Notes: generated by a model not told the origin, from the sequence alone. A DNA stretch of 27,314 bases from an uncultured Planctomycetaceae bacterium (GCA_964393935.1 CAYMXF010000007.1:1-27314), one strand, 5' to 3'. Shown: positions 18,300-25,817, counted from the stretch's first letter. Made by a program: numbers and translations.

Positions 18300-19097
18300 C
18301 TACCGAACGTGCGCGATCACGACCTCCAAACCCAGTTTCTGCAGCGCCTGCCTGACGTCGCGATTGAGTTTGTTGTCCGTCACGATTCTCTTTATTTCAG
18401 TCAGCTTGGCCACTGGGAAAAGGAAATTCGCCTCGAACGGATCGGAGAAGTTGACCTCGAACTTGCTTGAATCGGCAACCACGGTGACTTCTTTCGCCGC
18501 GCGCAGGAACCGGCGATTGATCTCGGCCTCGAGCGGGCTGTGCACAGAGATTCCACGTTCGATCGAGACCGCCAGAACTCCGAGGAACGCTTTCGGCACC
18601 TGGATTCCCTGCATCATCTTCTCGGCTAGCGGGCCGATCGTCGCGAGCTCCTTCGAGTCGACCGCGCCGCCGATCAGAAGTACCTGAGAGTCGGGCGCGT
18701 TCGAAATCTCTATCGCAACGGCCAGGCCGTTGGTAACCACCTTCAGGTTTTTCACGTTCTTGAGCTGGTGCGCCAGCACGCGCATGGTCGTGCCTGCGTT
18801 GATGATCAAGCTGTCGCCATCCTGTATGTATTCGGCCGCTTTTTGCGCGATCGACAGTTTCTCCGCGTAGTATTCTTTCTCGCGGACCTCGTAAGGCGAC
18901 ATCAACTTGTCCGGCGTGACCAGGGCGACAGCGCCGCCGTGCGTACGGACGAGATGGCCGCCGCTGTCCAGCATAGCCAGATCCCTCCGGATCGTGACCG
19001 CGGAAATGCTCAACTTCTCGGCAAGATCCGCGATGGAAACGACACCGTCCTTATTGAGCAGGGATTTAATCTTGTTGTGGCGGGCGGCCCGGATCAT
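18300..19097 (-). CDS. DeoR/GlpR family transcriptional regulator (copy 2, paralog of 8285..9055)
   Basis: Likely start ATG 19097 (MIRAARHNKIKSLL). TIRRDL, RTHGGA, INAGTTM, VVTNGLAVA, KAFLG, HSPLEAEIN, DSSKFE. Confidence 0.93.
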   Translation of the reverse strand: MIRAARHNKIKSLLNKDGVVSIADLAEKLSISAVTIRRDLAMLDSGGHLVRTHGGAVALVTPDKLMSPYEVREKEYYAEKLSIAQKAAEYIQDGDSLIINAGTTMRVLAHQLKNVKNLKVVTNGLAVAIEISNAPDSQVLLIGGAVDSKELATIGPLAEKMMQGIQVPKAFLGVLAVSIERGISVHSPLEAEINRRFLRAAKEVTVVADSSKFEVNFSDPFEANFLFPVAKLTEIKRIVTDNKLNRDVRQALQKLGLEVVIAHVR

Positions 19098-19290
19098 GTG
19101 TTTTGGGTTTGATCGTCTGTTCACAGTCCGGGGTCCGTGACGATTATGCGGGCTGGGGGAAGGTGCCAACCAAGAACGGCATCGCTGGCGAGCGAACACA
19201 ATACAATAAAAGCAAGTGTATCATCAGGGTGGCTTGCCGGACACCCCAAAATTTTCTCCGACGCGCTCTCAGCCCTGACCGAGTCGGCAT

Positions 19291-19330
19291 CGCCGCCCGG
19301 AGATATCAGATCGGCATCTTCCGGGCGGTG
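19291..19330. repeat. GC-rich inverted repeat (hairpin)
   Basis: CGCCGCCCGGA (19291-19301) pairs with TCCGGGCGGTG (19320-19330) with one G-T pair. Confidence 0.5.
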
Positions 19331-19589
19331 AGGCTGGAGCACGCGGGAATCGTTCGGGCGGGGCAAGTTCAAAGCACGGCTCGCACATCCTCAAGATGGA
19401 TATGGAAGGCGACAATCTCCCGCGGGCGACCTGAAAGACGGCGGCCGAGCCCGGTTACAACCATCGGGCCCGCCCGCCCGACGAGGAGTCACCGCCGCCC
19501 ACGCGGCGGGACGATCCGCCAGTCTGGAATACCTTGCGGCGTTCCGTCACCGCCGATGTCGTTGATACCCAGAACCGACGACCGCCTGC

Positions 19590-19629
19590 CGGACCCGCAC
19601 AGGCCTTATTCAAATTCCGTGCGGGTCCG
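19590..19629 (-). terminator. Stem-loop just downstream of the class IV aminotransferase stop
   Basis: Perfect 11-bp stem CGGACCCGCAC (19590-19600) / GTGCGGGTCCG (19619-19629). No T tract, so the terminator role is uncertain. Confidence 0.45.
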
Positions 19630-19645
19630 TGTTGCTGGCAATACC

Positions 19646-20584
19646 CTATTGGGCGGCCACGACGCGTGGCTTGAGGTTGATTCCAGCCACCCGGCGCGCC
19701 TGTTCGTGGACGTCGAACCCGGCCATTTTGCTGAAAGCGTCCGCGATCCGCTGGACCATCGGCCCAGGCACATCCTTGCAGCCGATCGGTTCCCCGTTCA
19801 GGCGCGACGCCGGCACCAAGCACCAGCTGGTCGAGCAGAGGAATGCCTCGTCGCAGTTGTAAAGGTCGTAAATCTGGATATCTCGCTCGACATACGGGAT
19901 GCCCTGCGCCCTGGCGATTTCTTTGATGGTCCGCTCCGTAATCCCCTCAAGCCGGCCGGTCAACAGAGGCACGTGAATCTCTCCGTTCTTGACCACGCCG
20001 ATACTCGACGACCGGTTCTCTGCGACATTCCCGTCCAGGTCAAGCATCACGCACCAAGCGTCCGGGTCGACCTGATAGACCTCGATGTCGGCGAGTGTAT
20101 GGGTGATGCGGCTCGTGGTCTTGATTTTGGCGTCCCACACCTGTGGCGGCTGACGCCGCGTGGACGCGACCACGAGATGCACCCCGGTGTCGATGAACCG
20201 TGCGAATTCCTTGAAGTTGAGGTCCTTGCACGCGATGTGCACCTCACACGGCCCCGCTTTCATGGGGTGGCCGCCGGGTCCACGTGAAACGTAGTGATAG
20301 ACGAAGAATTCCGGGATTTCCTTGAGCCGAGGCGCATTCCGCTGGACTGCTTCTTCGGTGATCTTCAGCATCTGCTCTGGGCTCAACTTGGGATCCATGC
20401 GCAACGGCTTCATCGACCGGTAGAGACGATCGATATGCTCGCGCGTCTTGAACAGCTTGCCGTTGAACGTTCGGGTTGCCTCGTATACCGCGTCGCCGAG
20501 CGTAAAGCCGCGATTCCAGATCGAAACCTTGGCCTCGCTTTCCGGCACCCATTGTCCATTCTGATAGGCAATCTTTTCAGCCAT
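19646..20584 (-). CDS. Class IV PLP aminotransferase (BCAT/D-amino-acid/R-amine transaminase superfamily)
   Basis: NGQWVPESEAKVSIWNRGFTLGDAVYEATRTF, HIDRLYRS, AKIKTT (PLP lysine), LEGITERTI, DEAFLCST, PGPMVQRI. GAGGAG RBS. Confidence 0.9.
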   Translation of the reverse strand: MAEKIAYQNGQWVPESEAKVSIWNRGFTLGDAVYEATRTFNGKLFKTREHIDRLYRSMKPLRMDPKLSPEQMLKITEEAVQRNAPRLKEIPEFFVYHYVSRGPGGHPMKAGPCEVHIACKDLNFKEFARFIDTGVHLVVASTRRQPPQVWDAKIKTTSRITHTLADIEVYQVDPDAWCVMLDLDGNVAENRSSSIGVVKNGEIHVPLLTGRLEGITERTIKEIARAQGIPYVERDIQIYDLYNCDEAFLCSTSWCLVPASRLNGEPIGCKDVPGPMVQRIADAFSKMAGFDVHEQARRVAGINLKPRVVAAQ

Positions 20585-20670
20585 GCGTTCCTCCTCAGTT
20601 TCCGAAAATCAAAACACGTGACGAGACCGGGCTGCGCCGACCCCGCTTTTGCCGCGCGCGGCGGCGTCAT

Positions 20671-21714
20671 TCAGCTGCGCGCGGCCTCGCCGGATAAGGG
20701 CACCGGCATGTTCATGTCCTTCATGTTGAGCAGGCCTGGAAGAGCATCGCGCACACGCGGTATCGAATTGACCAGGATCGCGACCGTTCCGATGTCGCCG
20801 TTCACGCCCCCCAAGAACTTTGCATGAAGATTCGGCCTTCCTTCAAGCTCGACCGAATCGTACGGCTCCTCGACGTTAGCGTGGGCAATAAAATCCAGGG
20901 TTACCAGCACCTTGCCGTTCTTCCTCGCCTCGGCGACGCTTCTCAGGCCGGCCACCTGTCCCGGCCTGACGGTCGTCAGGACCTCATTCTTCGTGTGGTC
21001 GGTGTAGGTGGTGACTTCGGATTCGCAGATTACAGGCTCGACCGGAAGCTCGCGAATATCGTCCACGTCGAGTCCGAGGCCGTCAACGATCATCGCCGCC
21101 GACTCGATCAGTCCGACGTGGCCGGTGATAACCTTCTCCTTGATCAGGCGCAGAAATTCCTTTTTCTCCATCCCTGTGCCGATCTTCTTCTGGAACGAGG
21201 GCCGGCGCGTCCTTGAATACATCACCCGCATCACCTTGACGCGCTTTACTTCCAGGCAAATACCCGAAATCAGCAGCGGAAACTTGTCCATCAAGAAGCC
21301 CGGGTTGATGCCCGTGGCAAGGATGGTTATGCCGTTCTGCTTGCAGACTTTGTTGATCTCCTCCGCAAGCTTGCGCTGCTTGAAATAGGGAAAGGAAAGC
21401 TCCTCGCAGCTCGTGATTACGTCCAACCCGGCACGCGCGCATGCCTTGAGCTGGGGCGTGATCTTTTCCAGGTTCGAAGAGGTCATATGGATGACGATGT
21501 CGGCCTTGCTTTTAGCAAGCACGCCGGTCGCGTCGTCGGTAATGGTGACGAAGGCCTTGCGCTCCGCGCGGACGACTTCGCCGAGATCCTTGCCGACATT
21601 GGCGAGATCGATCGCACCGACGATGTCGATTTGACCCTGATTCAGAATGAACCTGGCAACGTTCTTTCCAAGCGATCCAATTCCATACAAAATTGCTCTT
21701 GTCTTCTTCTTCAT
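20671..21714 (-). CDS. NAD(P)-dependent oxidoreductase, 2,4-diaminopentanoate dehydrogenase (Ord)/native amine dehydrogenase/DapB-N-like family
   Basis: Likely start ATG 21714 (MKKKTRAILYGIGSLG, Rossmann). DVITSCEEL, TGINPGFLMD, KKIGTG, GHVGL, GGVNGDIGT, NSIPRV...PGLL. Confidence 0.78.
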   Translation of the reverse strand: MKKKTRAILYGIGSLGKNVARFILNQGQIDIVGAIDLANVGKDLGEVVRAERKAFVTITDDATGVLAKSKADIVIHMTSSNLEKITPQLKACARAGLDVITSCEELSFPYFKQRKLAEEINKVCKQNGITILATGINPGFLMDKFPLLISGICLEVKRVKVMRVMYSRTRRPSFQKKIGTGMEKKEFLRLIKEKVITGHVGLIESAAMIVDGLGLDVDDIRELPVEPVICESEVTTYTDHTKNEVLTTVRPGQVAGLRSVAEARKNGKVLVTLDFIAHANVEEPYDSVELEGRPNLHAKFLGGVNGDIGTVAILVNSIPRVRDALPGLLNMKDMNMPVPLSGEAARS

Positions 21715-21883
21715 CAGGGTCTCCTCGCGCCAGCAACTGGACCAAAACGAATCGAACACGTCGCGACGGTGGACCTCATCCGGCGCGCGCCCGGCGGGGG
21801 GTGGGGTAGGGTAACAGCCCGTTGCCGTCTTTCGCTGCGGATCGCGATCCGAGCGCAAGGTCAACCATGATCGGTAATGGCAT

Positions 21884-21911
21884 ATTTTGATCGATATAGT
21901 CAATATCAAAA
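21884..21911 (-). promoter_or_regulatory. Putative promoter/operator of the dehydrogenase-aminotransferase operon
   Basis: Minus-strand TTGACT (21898-21903). Inverted TTTTGAT (21885-21891) / ATCAAAA (21905-21911). Closely resembles 7984-8005. Confidence 0.55.
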
Positions 21912-22050
21912 GCGGACCGGCGCAATCCCGGCTTGGGCTCGAATCTGCCGGTTAGAGAGAGCCTCGTCCAGTATGACTCGCCGACAGATGGCGTCCCGGT
22001 TGCTTGGTGACCGACGCGGCCGCTGCCGATTATGAACCATTTATCGTATA

Positions 22051-22081
22051 TCGTTGACAATCAACGAACCACAATTACTAT
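22051..22081 (+). promoter_or_regulatory. sigma70 promoter with overlapping palindromic operator upstream of the GntR gene
   Basis: TTGACA (22054-22059), 16 nt spacer, TACTAT (22076-22081). Inverted repeat TCGTTGA-CAA-TCAACGA (22051-22067) covers the -35 element. Confidence 0.7.
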
Positions 22082-22112
22082 GCCGTCGGCACCTTAAAAT
22101 CCAGGGTTCCTT

Positions 22113-22805
22113 GTGAATACGCTGAAAATCGTCCAATCGAATTCACTGTCGACGCTGGTGCAGGAAGAGATCACCCGGATGATCCTCGCGGGTGAAATTG
22201 CGACCGGCGAATGGCTGAACGAATCCGCGTTTTCCCAGCGTTTCGGTGTATCACGCGGACCGGTGCGCGAAGCGCTTCGGTCGTTGCAGGAATCCGGATT
22301 GGTCCGGCAGGAGAAGAATCGCGGCGTATTTGTGCGCGAGCTCACCGTCGCCGAGGCGGATCAGATCTACGAGGTCAGGGAAGCCTTGGACGAGCTCATC
22401 GGCAAAAGGGTGGCGGCCGCCGCATCGAAGGCACAGATCGGGAAACTGCGAGAGTTGGTCGAGAAGATGGACCAATCGGTCCGCAGCGACGATTTGCACC
22501 GGTATTATCTCGATAATCTGAAGTTTCACGATCTGCTCGCCAACCTCAGCGGCAATGCGAAGCTGATGTTAGCTTACCGGCGGCTGATCAACGAGCTTCA
22601 CCTGTTCCGGTTGCACGGGCTTGCCCAATTCGGCGGCTTGCGAACCTCGAACGAGGAACACCACGCGCTTCTGAAGGCGATCGAGACGAAGAACCCCGAG
22701 GCCGCCGGCCGATTGCTGAAGGCGCATGTCGTGGCGAGCCGCCGTCGCATGCATAAAGCGTTGGCGGCGCGACCGTTAGAATCAGAGCGCTGCTCCGCCG
22801 GATAG
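22113..22805 (+). CDS. GntR (FCD) regulator, phosphonate-utilisation-associated type
   Basis: GTG start. QSNSLSTLVQEEITRMILAGE...LNES...GVSRGPVREA...GLVRQEKNRGVFVRE...EADQIYEVR, FHDLL. Matches the PhnR-like GntR clade found beside AEP operons, as recalled. Confidence 0.88.
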   Translation: MNTLKIVQSNSLSTLVQEEITRMILAGEIATGEWLNESAFSQRFGVSRGPVREALRSLQESGLVRQEKNRGVFVRELTVAEADQIYEVREALDELIGKRVAAAASKAQIGKLRELVEKMDQSVRSDDLHRYYLDNLKFHDLLANLSGNAKLMLAYRRLINELHLFRLHGLAQFGGLRTSNEEHHALLKAIETKNPEAAGRLLKAHVVASRRRMHKALAARPLESERCSAG

Positions 22806-22957
22806 GGAATCGACCACGCATATCAGCCAAGTCACAGGGATCGCCTGATCCCAACCAACGAAGAAGACCGGAATGCTGTTGGGTGGCACCTCCGGTCATC
22901 GATGGAGAAGTTCTAGTTCCAGTCATCAGTTGTGTTACGTGAGGGGAAGAAAAGCAA

Positions 22958-24103
22958 ATGGCCGCAAGCACGAAACGTAGAATCCTGATCGTGATGATGG
23001 ACGGGTTCGACCCCGCTTATCTGCAGGCGAGTGACATGCCGAACACCAAGCAGATGACCGCCAGCGGGTTCTACAAGACCGTCAAAGGTGTGATGCCCAG
23101 CGTGACGAACGTGAACAACACCGGCATATGCTGTGGCTGCCCGCCCTCGCAACACGGCATCACGGCGAATTCCTATTTCGATCTGCAGACGCAGAAAGAA
23201 GAATACATGGACAAGGCGGCAATGGTGCTTGCCCCCACGATATTCGAGCGCGGCGCGCCGCTTGGATTCAAGTCGGCCCTCTTGACCGCGAAAAAGAAGA
23301 CCCAGTCGTTGCTACGAACTGGCGCTACAATCCGGCTGGCGGCAGAGGCGCCGAAGGACGCCGAGGGATCCAACATCGATTGGATCGGCCGGCTCGGTCC
23401 GGCCCCCGATATCTACTCGCTCGAAATCAATCTGTGGCTGTTCCGGGCGGCACAGATCGTCTTGAACGAGACAGATACCAATCTCGTTTACTTCCATACG
23501 ACCGACTATCCCATGCACATGGAGCCGCCTTGGGGCGAGAAATCGCTGTTCCACCTGAGTCAGTTGGACAAGCTGCTTGGCGAAACACTCAACGCGCATC
23601 CCAAGCTGGAAATCTACATGTCCGCCGACCATGGGATGAACTTCAAATCGCGCTGCTACGACTTGAACAAGGTTGTGCCGAATAAGGGCGCAGAAATCTT
23701 CTTCGCGATGTCTGCGGAACGCGATCCCTATGTGAAGCATCATCGGAACTTCGGTGGCACGGCGTTCGTGTGGCTGCGGCGCCCGGGCGATTTCGATCGC
23801 GTGGCGGACATCTGCCGTCGGCTGGACGGCGTGGAGGCCGTCTACGACCGCTACACGGCTGCGTCCAAATACCTCCTGCACCCCGATCGCATCGGCGACA
23901 TGCTGGTTATGGGCGACTTCAACACGGTCTTCGGTCCGCTCGAAGGCAAGGAGGGCATCGAGGAAATGGCGAAAGGCTTCCGGACGCACGGCGGCAGCGA
24001 TGAGGCGATCGCGCCGCTGATCATCTACAACCGGGCAGTCGATCCCCGGCTGTGGCATGAAATCCGCTACAACTTCGATCTGACCAAGCCGATCGGCTTC
24101 TAG
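22958..24103 (+). CDS. phnA: Phosphonoacetate hydrolase-like protein (alkaline phosphatase superfamily)
   Basis: MMDG, PSVTNVNN (Thr nucleophile; canonical PSFTNPNN), TTDYPMH, SADHGM, DPYVKHH, DRIGD, RTHGG. All dinuclear-metal ligand motifs are present. Confidence 0.8.
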   Translation: MAASTKRRILIVMMDGFDPAYLQASDMPNTKQMTASGFYKTVKGVMPSVTNVNNTGICCGCPPSQHGITANSYFDLQTQKEEYMDKAAMVLAPTIFERGAPLGFKSALLTAKKKTQSLLRTGATIRLAAEAPKDAEGSNIDWIGRLGPAPDIYSLEINLWLFRAAQIVLNETDTNLVYFHTTDYPMHMEPPWGEKSLFHLSQLDKLLGETLNAHPKLEIYMSADHGMNFKSRCYDLNKVVPNKGAEIFFAMSAERDPYVKHHRNFGGTAFVWLRRPGDFDRVADICRRLDGVEAVYDRYTAASKYLLHPDRIGDMLVMGDFNTVFGPLEGKEGIEEMAKGFRTHGGSDEAIAPLIIYNRAVDPRLWHEIRYNFDLTKPIGF

Positions 24104-24122
24104 CGGAGCGTCAATCAGCCCT

Positions 24123-25817
24123 ATGAGCACGATCGACGAAAAACCGATCTCCGTATCATTGCTCACGGGCTTTTTGGGCAGCGGTAAGACGACGCTGCTC
24201 AATCACCTGCTCGCGCATCCGGATATGGATAAGACGGCGGTGCTGATCAACGAGTTCGGCGAGATCGGACTTGACCACTTGATTGTCGGAAGGCTCGACG
24301 AGGACGTCGTGCTGCTGAAGTCCGGCTGCATCTGCTGCACCGTGCAAGGGCAGCTGGTCGACGGGCTGAAAGAGCTTTACGTCAAGCGGCTGGCTGGGCA
24401 GACTCCGGCCTTCACGCGGCTTGTGATCGAAACGACCGGGCTCGCCGATCCGTTGCCGATCGTTGACTGCCTGATGCGCGACCCACTTTTCAGGCGGGTC
24501 TATCGGCTGGACACGGTGGTGACGACGGTGGACGCGGTCTACGGCGGGGGCCAGCTTGATATGCACCGGGAGGCTATCCACCAGGCGGCGATCGCCGACA
24601 ACATCGTTATCACCAAGGACGATATCTCCGACAAGGCACGGATCGGTTCGCTGCGGGAGCGGCTAAGTCGCCTCAATCCAGGTGCCAAGATTATTTCCGC
24701 GCAATTCGGCCAGGTAACTCCGGGTGAGTTGTTCGGCAGCGGATTCTTCGATCTGCAGCAGAAATTTCTCGACATGCGGAAATGGTTCGGCACCGCGGAG
24801 CATAGCGGTCAGTCGGCGAATACCCACGATCAGCACGGCGCGCATGATCACGTCCAGGAGGATCACGGCCATGCCGGGCGCGCGCACGAGGAGCACGAGC
24901 ATGTGGATGTGAACCGGCATGACGAGCGCATCGCTTCATTCTGCATCGTGCTGGATGAGGCGGTATCGTGGGAGGCCTTTACCCGCTGGTACGACGATCT
25001 TGCCGAGAAAAAGGCCGATCATCTGTTGCGGGTGAAAGGCATCCTCAACGTGGAGAACACACCGACCCCGGTATTTGTGCATTGTGTGCAATCCACCCAA
25101 CATGACCCGACGCTGCTGCCATCCTGGCCCGACGACGACCATCGCTCGCGCATCGTGTTCATCACCCGCGATTTGGCGCGCGGCGAGGTGGAAGCCAATC
25201 TGCGTGCGCGGCTGGCAGCAGCGCGAACCGATAGCGGGTCCAACAGGGCGCATGGCACGCCGACTTTTGTCCAACCTCCCGGCGCGAGCCGCTGGCTGAA
25301 CCAGGCGGAGCTGAGCCGGTTGTTCGCCGCGTTGCTGCTGCAAAATGACCGCTTCGCCGTCGACGTTTTGCGGTTGATGCTGCTTACTGGCGTGGATAGC
25401 GAGGCGACACGTCTAGCACGGTGGGAGGATTTCGACATCGACCAGCATTTGTGGCTGTTGCCGCATGCGGCTGCAACGAAGCCCGGTGTCGGCGCGCGCG
25501 CGCGCCGCATCTCGCTTCATTCCACGGCGCTGACACTGCTGGCCGGCTTGCGGCAACGAGGCACGAGCAGAGGTTATCTGTTCGGCGGTTCGAAGCCCGA
25601 GACCTCGGCCGAGCGGCTGGACCGTGCGTGGAAGACCGCAACCGAACAGGCCAAGATCCAAAGGATTGCCCTGACCGAACTGCAACCCACGCTTGCGATC
25701 GACGTGTTTGCCGGACTTGCGCCGACGTTGGTACGTGTACTGCTTGGACTCGCCAGCCAAGCAGCACCTAAAGTGGCATTGTCTGTACCGAAAACGTCGG
25801 CCGATTTGACTCGCTGA
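24123..25817 (+). CDS. COG0523/CobW-family (G3E) metal-binding GTPase fused to a catalytically substituted tyrosine-recombinase-like C-terminal domain
   Basis: TGFLGSGKTT, INEFGEIGLD, GCICC, IETTGLADP, ITK.D, His-rich linker, LRVKG and RIVFI (CobW_C). From about 25290 integrase-like LMLLTG...ARWEDFD...W.LP...TK...R.I.L...YLF...RAW...LLG. Confidence 0.85.
   Translation: MSTIDEKPISVSLLTGFLGSGKTTLLNHLLAHPDMDKTAVLINEFGEIGLDHLIVGRLDEDVVLLKSGCICCTVQGQLVDGLKELYVKRLAGQTPAFTRLVIETTGLADPLPIVDCLMRDPLFRRVYRLDTVVTTVDAVYGGGQLDMHREAIHQAAIADNIVITKDDISDKARIGSLRERLSRLNPGAKIISAQFGQVTPGELFGSGFFDLQQKFLDMRKWFGTAEHSGQSANTHDQHGAHDHVQEDHGHAGRAHEEHEHVDVNRHDERIASFCIVLDEAVSWEAFTRWYDDLAEKKADHLLRVKGILNVENTPTPVFVHCVQSTQHDPTLLPSWPDDDHRSRIVFITRDLARGEVEANLRARLAAARTDSGSNRAHGTPTFVQPPGASRWLNQAELSRLFAALLLQNDRFAVDVLRLMLLTGVDSEATRLARWEDFDIDQHLWLLPHAAATKPGVGARARRISLHSTALTLLAGLRQRGTSRGYLFGGSKPETSAERLDRAWKTATEQAKIQRIALTELQPTLAIDVFAGLAPTLVRVLLGLASQAAPKVALSVPKTSADLTR

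Noticed and set aside
19500-19585. VLGINDIG (SGNH-like GxND) on the minus strand
   Set aside because: Isolated short match in a brief frame with no other SGNH blocks; probably chance.
25290-25779. Functional integrase marking a prophage or ICE
   Set aside because: Catalytic Arg, His-x-x-Arg, His and Tyr positions are substituted and there is no core-binding domain. No tRNA, att repeat or phage/conjugation gene is in the window.
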